Assembly (NCBI GenBank): GCA_038150265.1
Contig: JAYOTF010000001.1
Location: 126,690-190,689, forward strand
Direction: 5' to 3'
Length of the DNA: 64,000 bases
DNA from: Deltaproteobacteria bacterium
GTDB lineage: Bacteria > SAR324 > NAC60-12
The translations under genes and the position numbers were made by a program. The notes below the pieces were generated by a model. The model worked only from the letters and a program-made list of their open reading frames with translations, ran no database searches and had not been told where the DNA came from. Positions 43,753 through 52,672 of the stretch are shown here, piece by piece (within the stretch, counting starts at the first letter, position 1; every line of letters begins with the position of its first letter).

Positions 43753-44246
43753 GTTGCTTTCTGCTGTTTGAGTTTACGCTCCAGGTGAGGAACCAGCCCC
43801 CCGTCTTCCAGCATGGCCATCAGGAACTCCGGAACCGGCACACAGCTCAGTGTTTCCTCTGTGGTTTGGTTGCTAATGGTTCCGGACCGGGGGTCGACCT
43901 CCAGTTGATCGCCTTCGTGGAGGCGGAAGGCCTCCGGACACTCGAGCACCAGCAGCCCCAGGTTGTAGGCGTTGCGCTGAAAGATGCCGGCAAAGGAGGG
44001 CGCAATGACGGCCTTCACCCCAAGGTGCACCAGCGCCTGTGCCGCCTGTTCGCGCGACGAGCCCATGCCAAAGTTTTTACCTGCCACAATGAAGTCTCCG
44101 GGGGCGACCTCTTGTGGAAATTCCGGACGGACCCCCGCGAGGCAGTGCCGCGCCAACTCGTCCAGCGGGCTCTTCATGAGAGCACCGGGCGCAAGCTGAT
44201 CGGTGTCCACGTTTTCGCCAAAGGCCCAAACTCTTCCGTGTGCCAT
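43749..44246 (-). CDS. LeuD/DmdB-like hydro-lyase small subunit
   Basis: FGENVDTD, NFGMGSSREQA, SFAGIFQRN. Confidence 0.9.
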   Translation of the reverse strand: MAHGRVWAFGENVDTDQLAPGALMKSPLDELARHCLAGVRPEFPQEVAPGDFIVAGKNFGMGSSREQAAQALVHLGVKAVIAPSFAGIFQRNAYNLGLLVLECPEAFRLHEGDQLEVDPRSGTISNQTTEETLSCVPVPEFLMAMLEDGGLVPHLERKLKQQKAT

Positions 44247-45526
44247 CAGGCCTCCTCCAGAAACTCGCGGGGATCCATGATGCGTCCCGCCCGGGCCGAA
44301 GCCGCCAGGGTGTAAGGCGAGCACAGGTACACCTGAGACGTGGGGTCGCCCATGCGGCCCTTGAAGTTCCGGGCTGTGGACGAAAGGCACACCTGGCCCG
44401 GACCCAACCGCTGCGGGCCATATCCGGCACAGAGCCCACAGGCGCTGGGGAGGATGGAGGCGCCGGCGTCTTCCAGGATCCGGAGGGTTCCTTCCTCGGT
44501 AGCCTGCTGCCGGTCCCGGACGGAAGCCGGGGCGACCCAGAGCTGCATCGGTGAGCGCACACGCTGTCCCTTCAGCAAACGCGCTGCTGCCCGGAGGTCT
44601 TCCAGCTTGGCCCCGGTGCAGGCGCCAAGGTAGAGCACCTCGGGCACCACGTCATGAAACTCGGCAACGGGTGCAGCATTGGCCGGGCTGTGCGGAGCGG
44701 CCACCTGAGGGCTGAGGGCGGGGGCGTCAAAGTGGTGCTGCTCGGCAAACGTCGCTCCGGGGTCGCTGTGCCACAAGGCCCAGTCGCCGGGGTCGCTTCC
44801 GTGTGCCTGAAGCCACTGGGCGGTGGTTTCGTCCGGAGGCACCAGCCCAGCCTGGCCCCCGAGTTCAGCAGTCATGTTACTGAGGGTCATGCGTTCCTGC
44901 ATCGAAAGACGCGCCACTGCTGAGCCGGCGTATTCCACCGCCTGGTAGCGTCCCCCGTCCATGCCCAGCTGGCCGCAGAGGAAGAGCATCACGTCCTTGG
45001 CCAGCACGCCGGGTCCGAAGGTGCCGTCCCATTCGATGCGGAGGGTCTCCGGAACCCGGAGCCAGATCTCTCCGGTTGCCAGGACGCCTGCCATTTCTGT
45101 GGCACCAATGCCAAACATGTAGCACCCGAAGGCGCCTCCGGTTGGAGAGTGGCTGTCTCCGCCCACCACCAGCATCCCGGGACGCAGGTGGCCCCTTTCC
45201 GGAAGCACCACATGGCAGATGCCCTGCTGGTCGTAAAAGCGGGAGATGCCCTGTTCCCGGACCCAGTCTCGTGTGAGGGCAAGGATCTGCTCGGAGTCGG
45301 CATCAAAAGTGGGAACGTAGTGATCGGTGATGACAACGACGCGCTCCGGATCCCACACCGGCACTCCCAGGCGCTGCAGAATTGGACTCACCCGCCGGGG
45401 CCCGCCGGAGTCGTGGATCATGGCGAGGTCCACCTGCCCGGTGACGATGGCTCCAGGCTGCACCACCGAAGCTCCGGAGGCACGGGAGAGGATTTTTTCA
45501 GCGAGGGTCTGTGGACGGGAATTCAT
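44246..45526 (-). CDS. LeuC/DmdA-like [4Fe-4S] hydro-lyase large subunit
   Basis: TLAEKIL, GICH, GDSHS, GACTG, CGLC, STARNFKGRMG. Confidence 0.92.
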   Translation of the reverse strand: MNSRPQTLAEKILSRASGASVVQPGAIVTGQVDLAMIHDSGGPRRVSPILQRLGVPVWDPERVVVITDHYVPTFDADSEQILALTRDWVREQGISRFYDQQGICHVVLPERGHLRPGMLVVGGDSHSPTGGAFGCYMFGIGATEMAGVLATGEIWLRVPETLRIEWDGTFGPGVLAKDVMLFLCGQLGMDGGRYQAVEYAGSAVARLSMQERMTLSNMTAELGGQAGLVPPDETTAQWLQAHGSDPGDWALWHSDPGATFAEQHHFDAPALSPQVAAPHSPANAAPVAEFHDVVPEVLYLGACTGAKLEDLRAAARLLKGQRVRSPMQLWVAPASVRDRQQATEEGTLRILEDAGASILPSACGLCAGYGPQRLGPGQVCLSSTARNFKGRMGDPTSQVYLCSPYTLAASARAGRIMDPREFLEEA

Positions 45527-45633
45527 TGCAAACGATTGCGGGATTGGTCAGTATCTTGGTGATCGAATTTTGACACACGAAACCCGGAGCGCACAAGGCC
45601 TCCGGTTTTTCTTGACCCTCTGGAGGCCAATTC

Positions 45634-47013
45634 ATGGAAATGCACACCCCTTCTTACCTGAAGGAATTGACGGAGTTTCTGGTTCAGACCACCCCTCAGG
45701 ACATTGATGCCGCTGCCTGGGAGCGAGCCCGCTGGGTCCTGGCAGACAGCATTGCCGCCATTGCCGGAGGGGCAGCGGAGCCCGAGGTGCAGGAACTGAC
45801 GCGGCGTCTGGTTCCGGAAGCATCAGGCCCTGCGACGGTGATCGGAACACCACTCCGGACAGACCTGCGAACCGCAGCACTGGTCAATGGCACCGCTGGC
45901 ACCTTTCTGGAGCTTGACGAGGGCAACCAGTTTGGGCGTGGGCATCCGGGCATTCATGTGGTGCCGGCTCTGCTGGCCCTGGCGGAGCAACAAGGCTCCG
46001 GAGGCGCCGAGGTGCTGCGGGCGCTGATCCTTGGCTATGAAGTGGGCACCCGCATCGGAATGGCCTGCAAGCTCCGGATGTCGATGCACCCGCACGGCAC
46101 CTGGGGCACCGTGGGCGCCGCCGTTAGCGTGGGCGTGCTCGCCGGGTGCAGCGCGGCTGAGTTGGGGACCCTCATCAACATCAGCTCCTCACTGGGGCTG
46201 GCGACCAGCCGCAAGACGATGCTGGAAGGAGGCACTGTCCGGAACACCTTTGCTGGCGTGAGCAACCAGATGGGCCTGCTGGCTCATGACCTCCTGCGGT
46301 CGGGCTTTACGGGAGAGCAGGATGGCCTCACGACGGTCTTCGGGAGCGTCGTCTCCGATGAGTTTGACCCGGGTGAGATGACCCGGGAGCTGGGAACCCG
46401 CTGGGAGATCGCCCGGAATTACTTCAAGCTGCACGCCTGCTGCCGCTACAACCATGGCGCCCTGGACGCGCTGGACCAGATCCTCCAGGCGCATGCGGTG
46501 GCTCCGGAAACGGTGACGGACGTCCGGGTGGAGACCTACTCGCTTGCGGCACAGCTGGCCGACCGCCACCCCCAGAACACCCTCGCCGGCAAGTTCTCGG
46601 TTCCCTTTGCCATTGCGACCACGCTGACCAACCAAAGCAGTGGCGTCGCCAGCTTCACATGGGACCAGATTCGGCGTGAGCAGGTTCAGCGCCTGGCGGA
46701 CAAGGTGACCGTTGTGGAGGATCCGGAGCTGACGGCGCTGATGCCGGACTTCCGACCGGCTCGGGTTTCCCTCACGTTGCAGGATGGCACCCGGCTACAG
46801 GCGGAAACCCGAACCAATCGCGGAGACACCGAGGACCCCTACACCCCTGAGGAGCTCCGGGAGAAGTTTGTCAACCTGACTCAGCGCGTGTGGCCCCTGG
46901 CCGACTGCGCTTCGCTGCACCAGCGGCTCCTCCAGATTGAGGAGCAGCCTGACCTGGGGGCGTTGATGGCCGACCTCCGGAAGCTGGCACAGGCCAAGGG
47001 GGCTCATGCTTGA
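45634..47013 (+). CDS. MmgE/PrpD family protein
   Basis: AALVNG, ELDEG, GHPG, HPHGTWG, FKLHACC, KFSVPF. Confidence 0.92.
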   Translation: MEMHTPSYLKELTEFLVQTTPQDIDAAAWERARWVLADSIAAIAGGAAEPEVQELTRRLVPEASGPATVIGTPLRTDLRTAALVNGTAGTFLELDEGNQFGRGHPGIHVVPALLALAEQQGSGGAEVLRALILGYEVGTRIGMACKLRMSMHPHGTWGTVGAAVSVGVLAGCSAAELGTLINISSSLGLATSRKTMLEGGTVRNTFAGVSNQMGLLAHDLLRSGFTGEQDGLTTVFGSVVSDEFDPGEMTRELGTRWEIARNYFKLHACCRYNHGALDALDQILQAHAVAPETVTDVRVETYSLAAQLADRHPQNTLAGKFSVPFAIATTLTNQSSGVASFTWDQIRREQVQRLADKVTVVEDPELTALMPDFRPARVSLTLQDGTRLQAETRTNRGDTEDPYTPEELREKFVNLTQRVWPLADCASLHQRLLQIEEQPDLGALMADLRKLAQAKGAHA

Positions 47014-47389
47014 TGCTGCCGAGCTGGAGGCGCTGGTTGAAGCCTACTTTGCTGCGGTTGACGCCAAGGACTGGTCTCGCCTCCGGCAGGTTCTTGCACC
47101 TGAGTGTTCCCTCCGGATCCAGACGCACCAGGTGGAGCGAGTCGGACGGGACCACGCGGTCCGGAATGTGTTTGCCGCGCTGTTTGAGCGCTATGCTGGC
47201 ATCTGGCATGGCGACTTCCGGCATGTCCCTGATCCGGCGCACCAGCGGATTGCGTCGCAGTTTCAGGTCCGGAACACGTTGGCCGACGGCTCGGAGCGGT
47301 TCAAGAGCAACTGCAACTTCTTCACAGTCCGGGAGGGACGCTTTGTGGAGATCGACGTCTACATGAGCGGCGACAACACGCTATACTGA
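47006..47389 (+). CDS. SnoaL/NTF2-like protein
   Basis: VEAYFAAVDAKDW...LAPE pattern; overlaps the prpD-like stop. Confidence 0.8.
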   Translation: MLDAAELEALVEAYFAAVDAKDWSRLRQVLAPECSLRIQTHQVERVGRDHAVRNVFAALFERYAGIWHGDFRHVPDPAHQRIASQFQVRNTLADGSERFKSNCNFFTVREGRFVEIDVYMSGDNTLY

Positions 47390-47390
47390 T

Positions 47391-48092
47391 TCAAAGCCCC
47401 AGGTACGAGCGCTTCAGTTCCGGATCAGCAGCAAGCTCGCGGGCGGATCCGGAAAGCGCCACCACGCCGTTTTCAATCACATACGCCCGGTGAGCCAGCT
47501 CGAGTGACTGCACGACGTTTTGCTCCACCAGCAGGACGCTGACGCCTTGCTGGTTGATGGTGGCAATGAGTTTGAACATCTCCTCCACCAGCAGGGGCGA
47601 CAGCCCGAGGGAGGGCTCATCGAAGATCAGCAGCTTGGGCTCAGCCATGAGGCTCCGGCCAATGGCCACCATCTGCTGCTCGCCTCCGGAGAGGGTTCCG
47701 GCCAGTTGAGCGCGCCGTTCCCGGAGCTTCGGGAAGCTGGAAAAGACGCGTTCCAGGTTCTGGGCGCGGTTCGGCTTTCCCCGTCGGTAACTTCCCATCT
47801 CCAGATTTTCCAACACCGTCAGATTCGGAAACAGCTTCCGACCTTCCGGAACCTGCAGGAGGCCGAGGTCCACAATGCGGTTGGGGCGCCAGCCCGTGAT
47901 GTCCTGGCCCTCAAAGCGAATGGTGCCCTGAAAGGGACGGTAGAGGCCGCAGACGTTGTGATTGAGGGTGGTCTTGCCCACGCCGTTGCTGCCGAGGACC
48001 GCGACGATTTCTCCTGGCCGCAGGTTGAGGTCGATGCCGCGGAGGACGGTGACGTGCCCGTAGCCTGCGTGGAGTCCGGTGACTTCAAGCAT
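47391..48092 (-). CDS. livF: HAAT-type ABC transporter ATPase (LivF-like)
   Basis: GSNGVGKT, VPEGR, LSGGEQQM, DEPSLGL, VEQN. Confidence 0.92.
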   Translation of the reverse strand: MLEVTGLHAGYGHVTVLRGIDLNLRPGEIVAVLGSNGVGKTTLNHNVCGLYRPFQGTIRFEGQDITGWRPNRIVDLGLLQVPEGRKLFPNLTVLENLEMGSYRRGKPNRAQNLERVFSSFPKLRERRAQLAGTLSGGEQQMVAIGRSLMAEPKLLIFDEPSLGLSPLLVEEMFKLIATINQQGVSVLLVEQNVVQSLELAHRAYVIENGVVALSGSARELAADPELKRSYLGL

Positions 48093-48831
48093 GCGGCTCC
48101 CTGGCGTTCAGGCGTTCAGCAGCGCCGTGTCCGAGGTAGGCTTCCACCACATGCGGGTTGGAGGCCACTTCCCTGGGCACTCCGGCGGCAATGAGTTCGC
48201 CGTTGTTGAGGACGTAGGTGTAATCGGAGAGGCTCATCACCGCCTGCATGACGTGTTCAATCAGAAAGATGGTCACCCCGGCGTCTCGGATGCTGCGGAT
48301 GGTGGTGAGGATTTCCTCGACTTCGCTGGGGTTGAGCCCCGCCATGACTTCGTCCAGCAGCAGGAGCTTCGGCTGGGTCGCCAGGGCCCGGGCGAGTTCC
48401 AGGCGCTTGCGTCCGGCAACAGTCAGGTCGTCTGCCGGAGCATCCAGGCTCATGCGCATGCCCACGCGTTGCGCGATGGCCTCGGCGTGCTCCGAAGCCT
48501 TCTGGGGGTTGTCGGTGTGGTGGTAGGCCCCCACCATGATGTTTTCACGGATGCTGAGCTTGGCAAACGGCTGAGTGATCTGAAAGGTCCGGACCATTCC
48601 CAACTCGCAAATCTTGTGAGGCTTGAGGCCAACCAACGATTCCCCCTGCAGGAGGATCTTGCCCGAGTTGGGTTTGAGGAACCCGGCGACCATGGCAAAG
48701 AGGGTCGTCTTGCCTGCGCCGTTGGGGCCAATGAGGGAGACGATCTTCCCTTCCGGAACCTCAAGGGACACGTCGGAGACCGCTTTCAGGCCTCCGAAGC
48801 TCTTGGACACCTGTTCAACCTTGAGCATCAT
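48085..48831 (-). CDS. livG: HAAT-type ABC transporter ATPase (LivG-like)
   Basis: FGGL, GPNGAGKTT, RTFQ, LLDE, IEH, AYLG. Confidence 0.92.
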   Translation of the reverse strand: MMLKVEQVSKSFGGLKAVSDVSLEVPEGKIVSLIGPNGAGKTTLFAMVAGFLKPNSGKILLQGESLVGLKPHKICELGMVRTFQITQPFAKLSIRENIMVGAYHHTDNPQKASEHAEAIAQRVGMRMSLDAPADDLTVAGRKRLELARALATQPKLLLLDEVMAGLNPSEVEEILTTIRSIRDAGVTIFLIEHVMQAVMSLSDYTYVLNNGELIAAGVPREVASNPHVVEAYLGHGAAERLNAREPHA

Positions 48832-49774
48832 CCCCCTTGGGTTTGCGTTTGAAGAGGCCGATCAGCCCATCGGGCAGGAAGCCGATGATCAGCACCAGGA
48901 TGACGCCGTAAACGATGAGGCTCAGGCCGGGGGTGTCGATGTAGTGCCGGGAGATTTCGTTGATGGTGTGCAGCACGAGTGAGCCGATGAACGGACCCAA
49001 CACGGTGCCCATGCCGCCAATGATCGAGACGAGCAGCATTTCCACCGACTTGTCCACCCCATAGGCAATGTAGGGGTCGATGTAGAGGTAGTACTGGGCG
49101 TAAAAGGTCCCTCCGGCTGCGCCAATGCCTCCTGAGATCATGATCGCCTTCATCTTGTGCCCGAAGGTATCGACGCCCAGCGCTTCAGCCGCGTCTTCAT
49201 TCTCACGGACGGCCATCAGGCGTGAGCCAAAGCGGGTCCGCTCGAGCCGGAGGGCAATGGCGACGGAGATCACGAAGAAGACGAGGATGACGTAGTAGAA
49301 GCCCGTCCGGCCTTCAAACTGAAAATTCAGGGGGTGCTGGTCCAGCGGAATGTAAATGCCCATGCCCGCCTGGGTGAACTCGACGGAGTTGGAGATGATC
49401 CGGAAGGCTTCGGCAAAGGCAAGGGTGATGAGCGCAAAGTACGACCCCCGGAGCCCGAAGCGGAAGCTGAGGAAGCCGACAAAGGCCCCGACCAGCATGC
49501 CCATGAGGATGCCGGCGACCAAACCGATCCACGGATTGATGCCGTAAGTGACGTGCAGGATGGACGAGGTGTAGGCCCCGGTTCCAAAGAAGAGCACGCT
49601 GCCAAAGGAAAACTGCCCCGCGTAGCCGCCCAGGATGTTCCAGGACTGCCCAAGGGTGGCCGAGTAGAGCACAATGATGGCGAAGCTGATGAGGAATTCG
49701 GAGCCGACCACCCACGGCAGCAGCACCAGAATCAGCACTCCCGCCAGCAGGAGACGTGGGTGGTGTGCGGTCAT
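48815..49774 (-). CDS. livM: HAAT-type ABC permease (LivM-like)
   Basis: GYAGQFSFG, YFALITL, VRENEDAAEALG. Confidence 0.9.
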   Translation of the reverse strand: MTAHHPRLLLAGVLILVLLPWVVGSEFLISFAIIVLYSATLGQSWNILGGYAGQFSFGSVLFFGTGAYTSSILHVTYGINPWIGLVAGILMGMLVGAFVGFLSFRFGLRGSYFALITLAFAEAFRIISNSVEFTQAGMGIYIPLDQHPLNFQFEGRTGFYYVILVFFVISVAIALRLERTRFGSRLMAVRENEDAAEALGVDTFGHKMKAIMISGGIGAAGGTFYAQYYLYIDPYIAYGVDKSVEMLLVSIIGGMGTVLGPFIGSLVLHTINEISRHYIDTPGLSLIVYGVILVLIIGFLPDGLIGLFKRKPKGDDAQG

Positions 49775-50643
49775 GCCTTCGCTCCAAAGAGTCCGGTGGG
49801 ACGGAAGAGGAGGATGAGCACAAAGATCAGTGGAACCCCGATCTGCCCCAGGCTTTCTCCCAGGAACAGCCCTCCGATGGATTCGGTGATGCCGATGATG
49901 AAGCCTCCCACCAGTGCGCCGACGAAGCTGCCCATTCCCCCCAGCACCACGGTGGTGAAGGCAATGACGACAAACACGTGCCCGATGGTGGGGGTGACGT
50001 AGAAGGACGGCATGAGCAGGCAGGCTGCTGCGCCGAGGCAGGCGATCCCGATGCCGTAGCTCATCGCAAAAATGTGATCCACGTCAATGCCCATCAGGCG
50101 TGCGCCCACGCGTTCCTTGGCCACGGCCCGGATGGCCTTCCCCAGGTCCGTCTTGGCCATCAGGGCCCAGAGGGCCAGGCCAATGACAATGGAGGCGCCA
50201 AAGGAGATCATCTTCGGAAGCGTCACAAGCGCTGGACCAATCTCAATCATGTCATAGGCATACGACAGGTTGAGGGTTTGGGTGTCGGCCTTGAAGAAGA
50301 ACAGCGCCGCGTTTTCAAACACCACACTCAGCCCCAGGGTGACGAGCAGGATGTTCTGGTCCTTGCCCTTGGCCAGCTTGCCGATCACGTGGCGGTACAG
50401 CAGGTACCCAAACGCAAAGGATCCGGGAATGACCACCACAAGCGCCAGGTAGGGGTCGACCCCCCACTTGGAGAAGAGGAAGAAGACCGCATACATGGCC
50501 AGCATCAACAGGGCTCCATGAGCGAAGTTGATGATGTGCAGCACGCCGTAGATCAGGGTGAGTCCCAGGGCCAGCAGCGAATAGATGGCTCCGAACATCA
50601 GCCCATTGATCAACGCCGTGGTAAGAATCACGGGTTCGAACAT
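49771..50643 (-). CDS. livH: HAAT-type ABC permease (LivH-like)
   Basis: LGLTLIYG, INFAHG, GKAIRAVA, VLGGMG. Confidence 0.92.
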   Translation of the reverse strand: MFEPVILTTALINGLMFGAIYSLLALGLTLIYGVLHIINFAHGALLMLAMYAVFFLFSKWGVDPYLALVVVIPGSFAFGYLLYRHVIGKLAKGKDQNILLVTLGLSVVFENAALFFFKADTQTLNLSYAYDMIEIGPALVTLPKMISFGASIVIGLALWALMAKTDLGKAIRAVAKERVGARLMGIDVDHIFAMSYGIGIACLGAAACLLMPSFYVTPTIGHVFVVIAFTTVVLGGMGSFVGALVGGFIIGITESIGGLFLGESLGQIGVPLIFVLILLFRPTGLFGAKA

Positions 50644-50659
50644 GAAGACCGGGAACAGG

Positions 50660-50680
50660 TTCCGGGGGCCGGCCCCGGAA
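50660..50680. other. Intercistronic stem-loop after the binding-protein gene
   Basis: TTCCGGGG-GCCGG-CCCCGGAA. Confidence 0.5.
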
Positions 50681-50690
50681 GTTCAGAAGG

Positions 50691-51935
50691 TTAGGCTGGT
50701 CGAGGGAAGATCGGGCCCGCCGAGGCAAACTCCGATGGGAAGACCACCTGCGCATCCACCTTGCCTCCAGACTTTTGAGCCTGAATGGCAACGGCCCGGG
50801 AGCCTTCGTTTTGCCCGTTCACCATCTTGGTGGGGCCATACGGCATGATGAGCGGATCAAGGGTGCTGCTGGCGAGCGCCTCGTTGACGGCATCCGGATC
50901 GGTGGTGCCTGCCCGCTCAAACGCGTCGGCCAGGAGGCGGATGGAGTTGTAGGTGCAGTAGACCTCAAAGGTAAAGTACCCGCCCTGCCCTTCAACCATC
51001 TGACGCATCTCCTGCGCCTTGGGGGAGTTCGGGTTGTACCAGTGGTTGAAGTCGATCATGTTTTCCGCCACTTCCGGCTGCTCGTTGATGAACTTGAAGT
51101 TGAAGCCTCCTCCCAGCACCGAGTAGCTGGCCATGAACGGCACCCGTTGCTGTCGCAGGGTCTGAGCCAGCAGGATGTACTCGCCCGGGTAGTTGACCGG
51201 GATGATGACGTCCGGCTTCATGGAACGCACCCGCAGGGCGATGTTGTCGAAGTTCCGGGTGGGGTTGGCGTGCTTGATGGTGTCCTTGACGTCCCAGCCC
51301 GTCTCCTTCAGCTTGCTGGAGAGCAGCTTTGCGGTGCCTGTGCCGAATTCGGATTCTTCGTGGATGATCACCGCGCTTCCTGCCGGAGAACCGGCGGCCT
51401 TGTTGATCAGGTTCAGGTTGTCCACCGCGTCGCTGGTGATGCGTCCGTAGCCGTCGGCCATCCGGAAGACGTTCTTCAGGCCACGCTGGACGATGCGGTC
51501 GGAAACGCCGACGTCAATGGAAAACGGAAGGCTGTACTTGGCTGCCGCCTGAGTGGCAGCCAGGCAGACGGCACTCTGGTAGCAACCCGTGAAGGCGTGC
51601 ACCCCTGCTTCGGCCATCTTCTCGACTTCGGCAGAGCCGATCTCGGGCTTGCCCTGGGTATCCCCCAGCACCGCTTCCAGCTTGGCGCCAAGGGACTTGA
51701 TCCCTCCGGCCGCGTTGATGTCGTTGATGGCCATCTGTCCGCCGAGTCGCGACTGGGCTCCCGGGTAGGCGAGCCCTCCGGATGCCGGGTGGATGAAGCC
51801 GATTTTCACCGTGTTGGATTGAGCCTTGAGGATCGCCGGGAAGCCGGTGATGCCAGTGGCCAGAGCCGTCCCTGCAGCGGCCTGGGCCAGCAGACGACGT
51901 CGGGTGATTTCGGTGGCGGAAGTGCGTTTCTTCAT
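50691..51935 (-). CDS. ABC substrate-binding protein (LivJ/K fold), Tat-exported
   Basis: ITRRRLL twin-arginine signal; INAAGGI motif. Confidence 0.9.
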   Translation of the reverse strand: MKKRTSATEITRRRLLAQAAAGTALATGITGFPAILKAQSNTVKIGFIHPASGGLAYPGAQSRLGGQMAINDINAAGGIKSLGAKLEAVLGDTQGKPEIGSAEVEKMAEAGVHAFTGCYQSAVCLAATQAAAKYSLPFSIDVGVSDRIVQRGLKNVFRMADGYGRITSDAVDNLNLINKAAGSPAGSAVIIHEESEFGTGTAKLLSSKLKETGWDVKDTIKHANPTRNFDNIALRVRSMKPDVIIPVNYPGEYILLAQTLRQQRVPFMASYSVLGGGFNFKFINEQPEVAENMIDFNHWYNPNSPKAQEMRQMVEGQGGYFTFEVYCTYNSIRLLADAFERAGTTDPDAVNEALASSTLDPLIMPYGPTKMVNGQNEGSRAVAIQAQKSGGKVDAQVVFPSEFASAGPIFPRPA

Positions 51936-52105
51936 GGTTCTTTCCTACTGAAGGTTGCGACCAGTCGCGAGATCGGGCTTTGCAGGCCCGTCGAAAACGG
52001 TTAAATCATGTTAGGCACGATTTTTCCGTGTTGACCAGCAGTTTTTTTCAGAGCCCAGGAAAAAGTAGCGGGCGATTCTTTCTGAACCTCAACGAGTTTT
52101 CGATC

Positions 52106-52669
52106 ATGCCAGTCATTCAAGCCACGCTCATCGAAGGGTACGATGAAGCGACGCGTCGCCACCTCTGTGAACGCCTAACAGACGCGGTGATGGGATGCAT
52201 CGCGGCCCCTCCGGACGGGGTGACCATCTTGCTGAACGAGGTTCCGCCGGCCAACTACATGCGGGGGCGTCAGTCTCGGGTTCCGGGTCCGCCCAGCCCC
52301 GGACCTGTCGCATGCGTCCGGGCGTACCTTGATGCGATGGAGCGTCGGGAGCTGGAAGCCGCCCAGCAGTTTTTGGCCCCGGAGTTCACCATGACCTTTC
52401 CGGGAGGAGTGGAGTTGACGCGTCCGGAAGAGGTGGTGCGTTGGGGAAAGGAGCGGTACCGCAGCATCCGCAAAACCTACGACGCTTGGGACGAGTCGTT
52501 CAATGCCCAGGGCTGGGTGGTGAGCTGTCAGGGGACCCTTTCCGGAGAGTGGCCAGACGGAACGCCCTTCTCGGGAATCCGCTTTGTCGATCGCTTTCAG
52601 GGGGTGGGCCGCCTGCTGCACCGCCAGCAGGTCTGGAACGACCTGGCGGAGGTCCGGAGCCGTTTGTGA
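52106..52669 (+). CDS. 4-oxalocrotonate tautomerase-family domain fused to a SnoaL-like domain
   Basis: M-P-V-I start (catalytic Pro1 pattern); second domain VRAYLDAMERR...FVDRF. Confidence 0.82.
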   Translation: MPVIQATLIEGYDEATRRHLCERLTDAVMGCIAAPPDGVTILLNEVPPANYMRGRQSRVPGPPSPGPVACVRAYLDAMERRELEAAQQFLAPEFTMTFPGGVELTRPEEVVRWGKERYRSIRKTYDAWDESFNAQGWVVSCQGTLSGEWPDGTPFSGIRFVDRFQGVGRLLHRQQVWNDLAEVRSRL

Positions 52670-52672
52670 GGG

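Noticed and set aside
43749..45526. leuC/leuD for leucine biosynthesis
   Set aside because: Short DmdAB/homoaconitase-like forms, no leuA or leuB nearby, and coupled to a lyase in a catabolic cluster.
52013..52028. Sigma54 promoter (AGGCACGATTTTTCC)
   Set aside because: The -12 element is CC rather than GC and the -24 element is imperfect.
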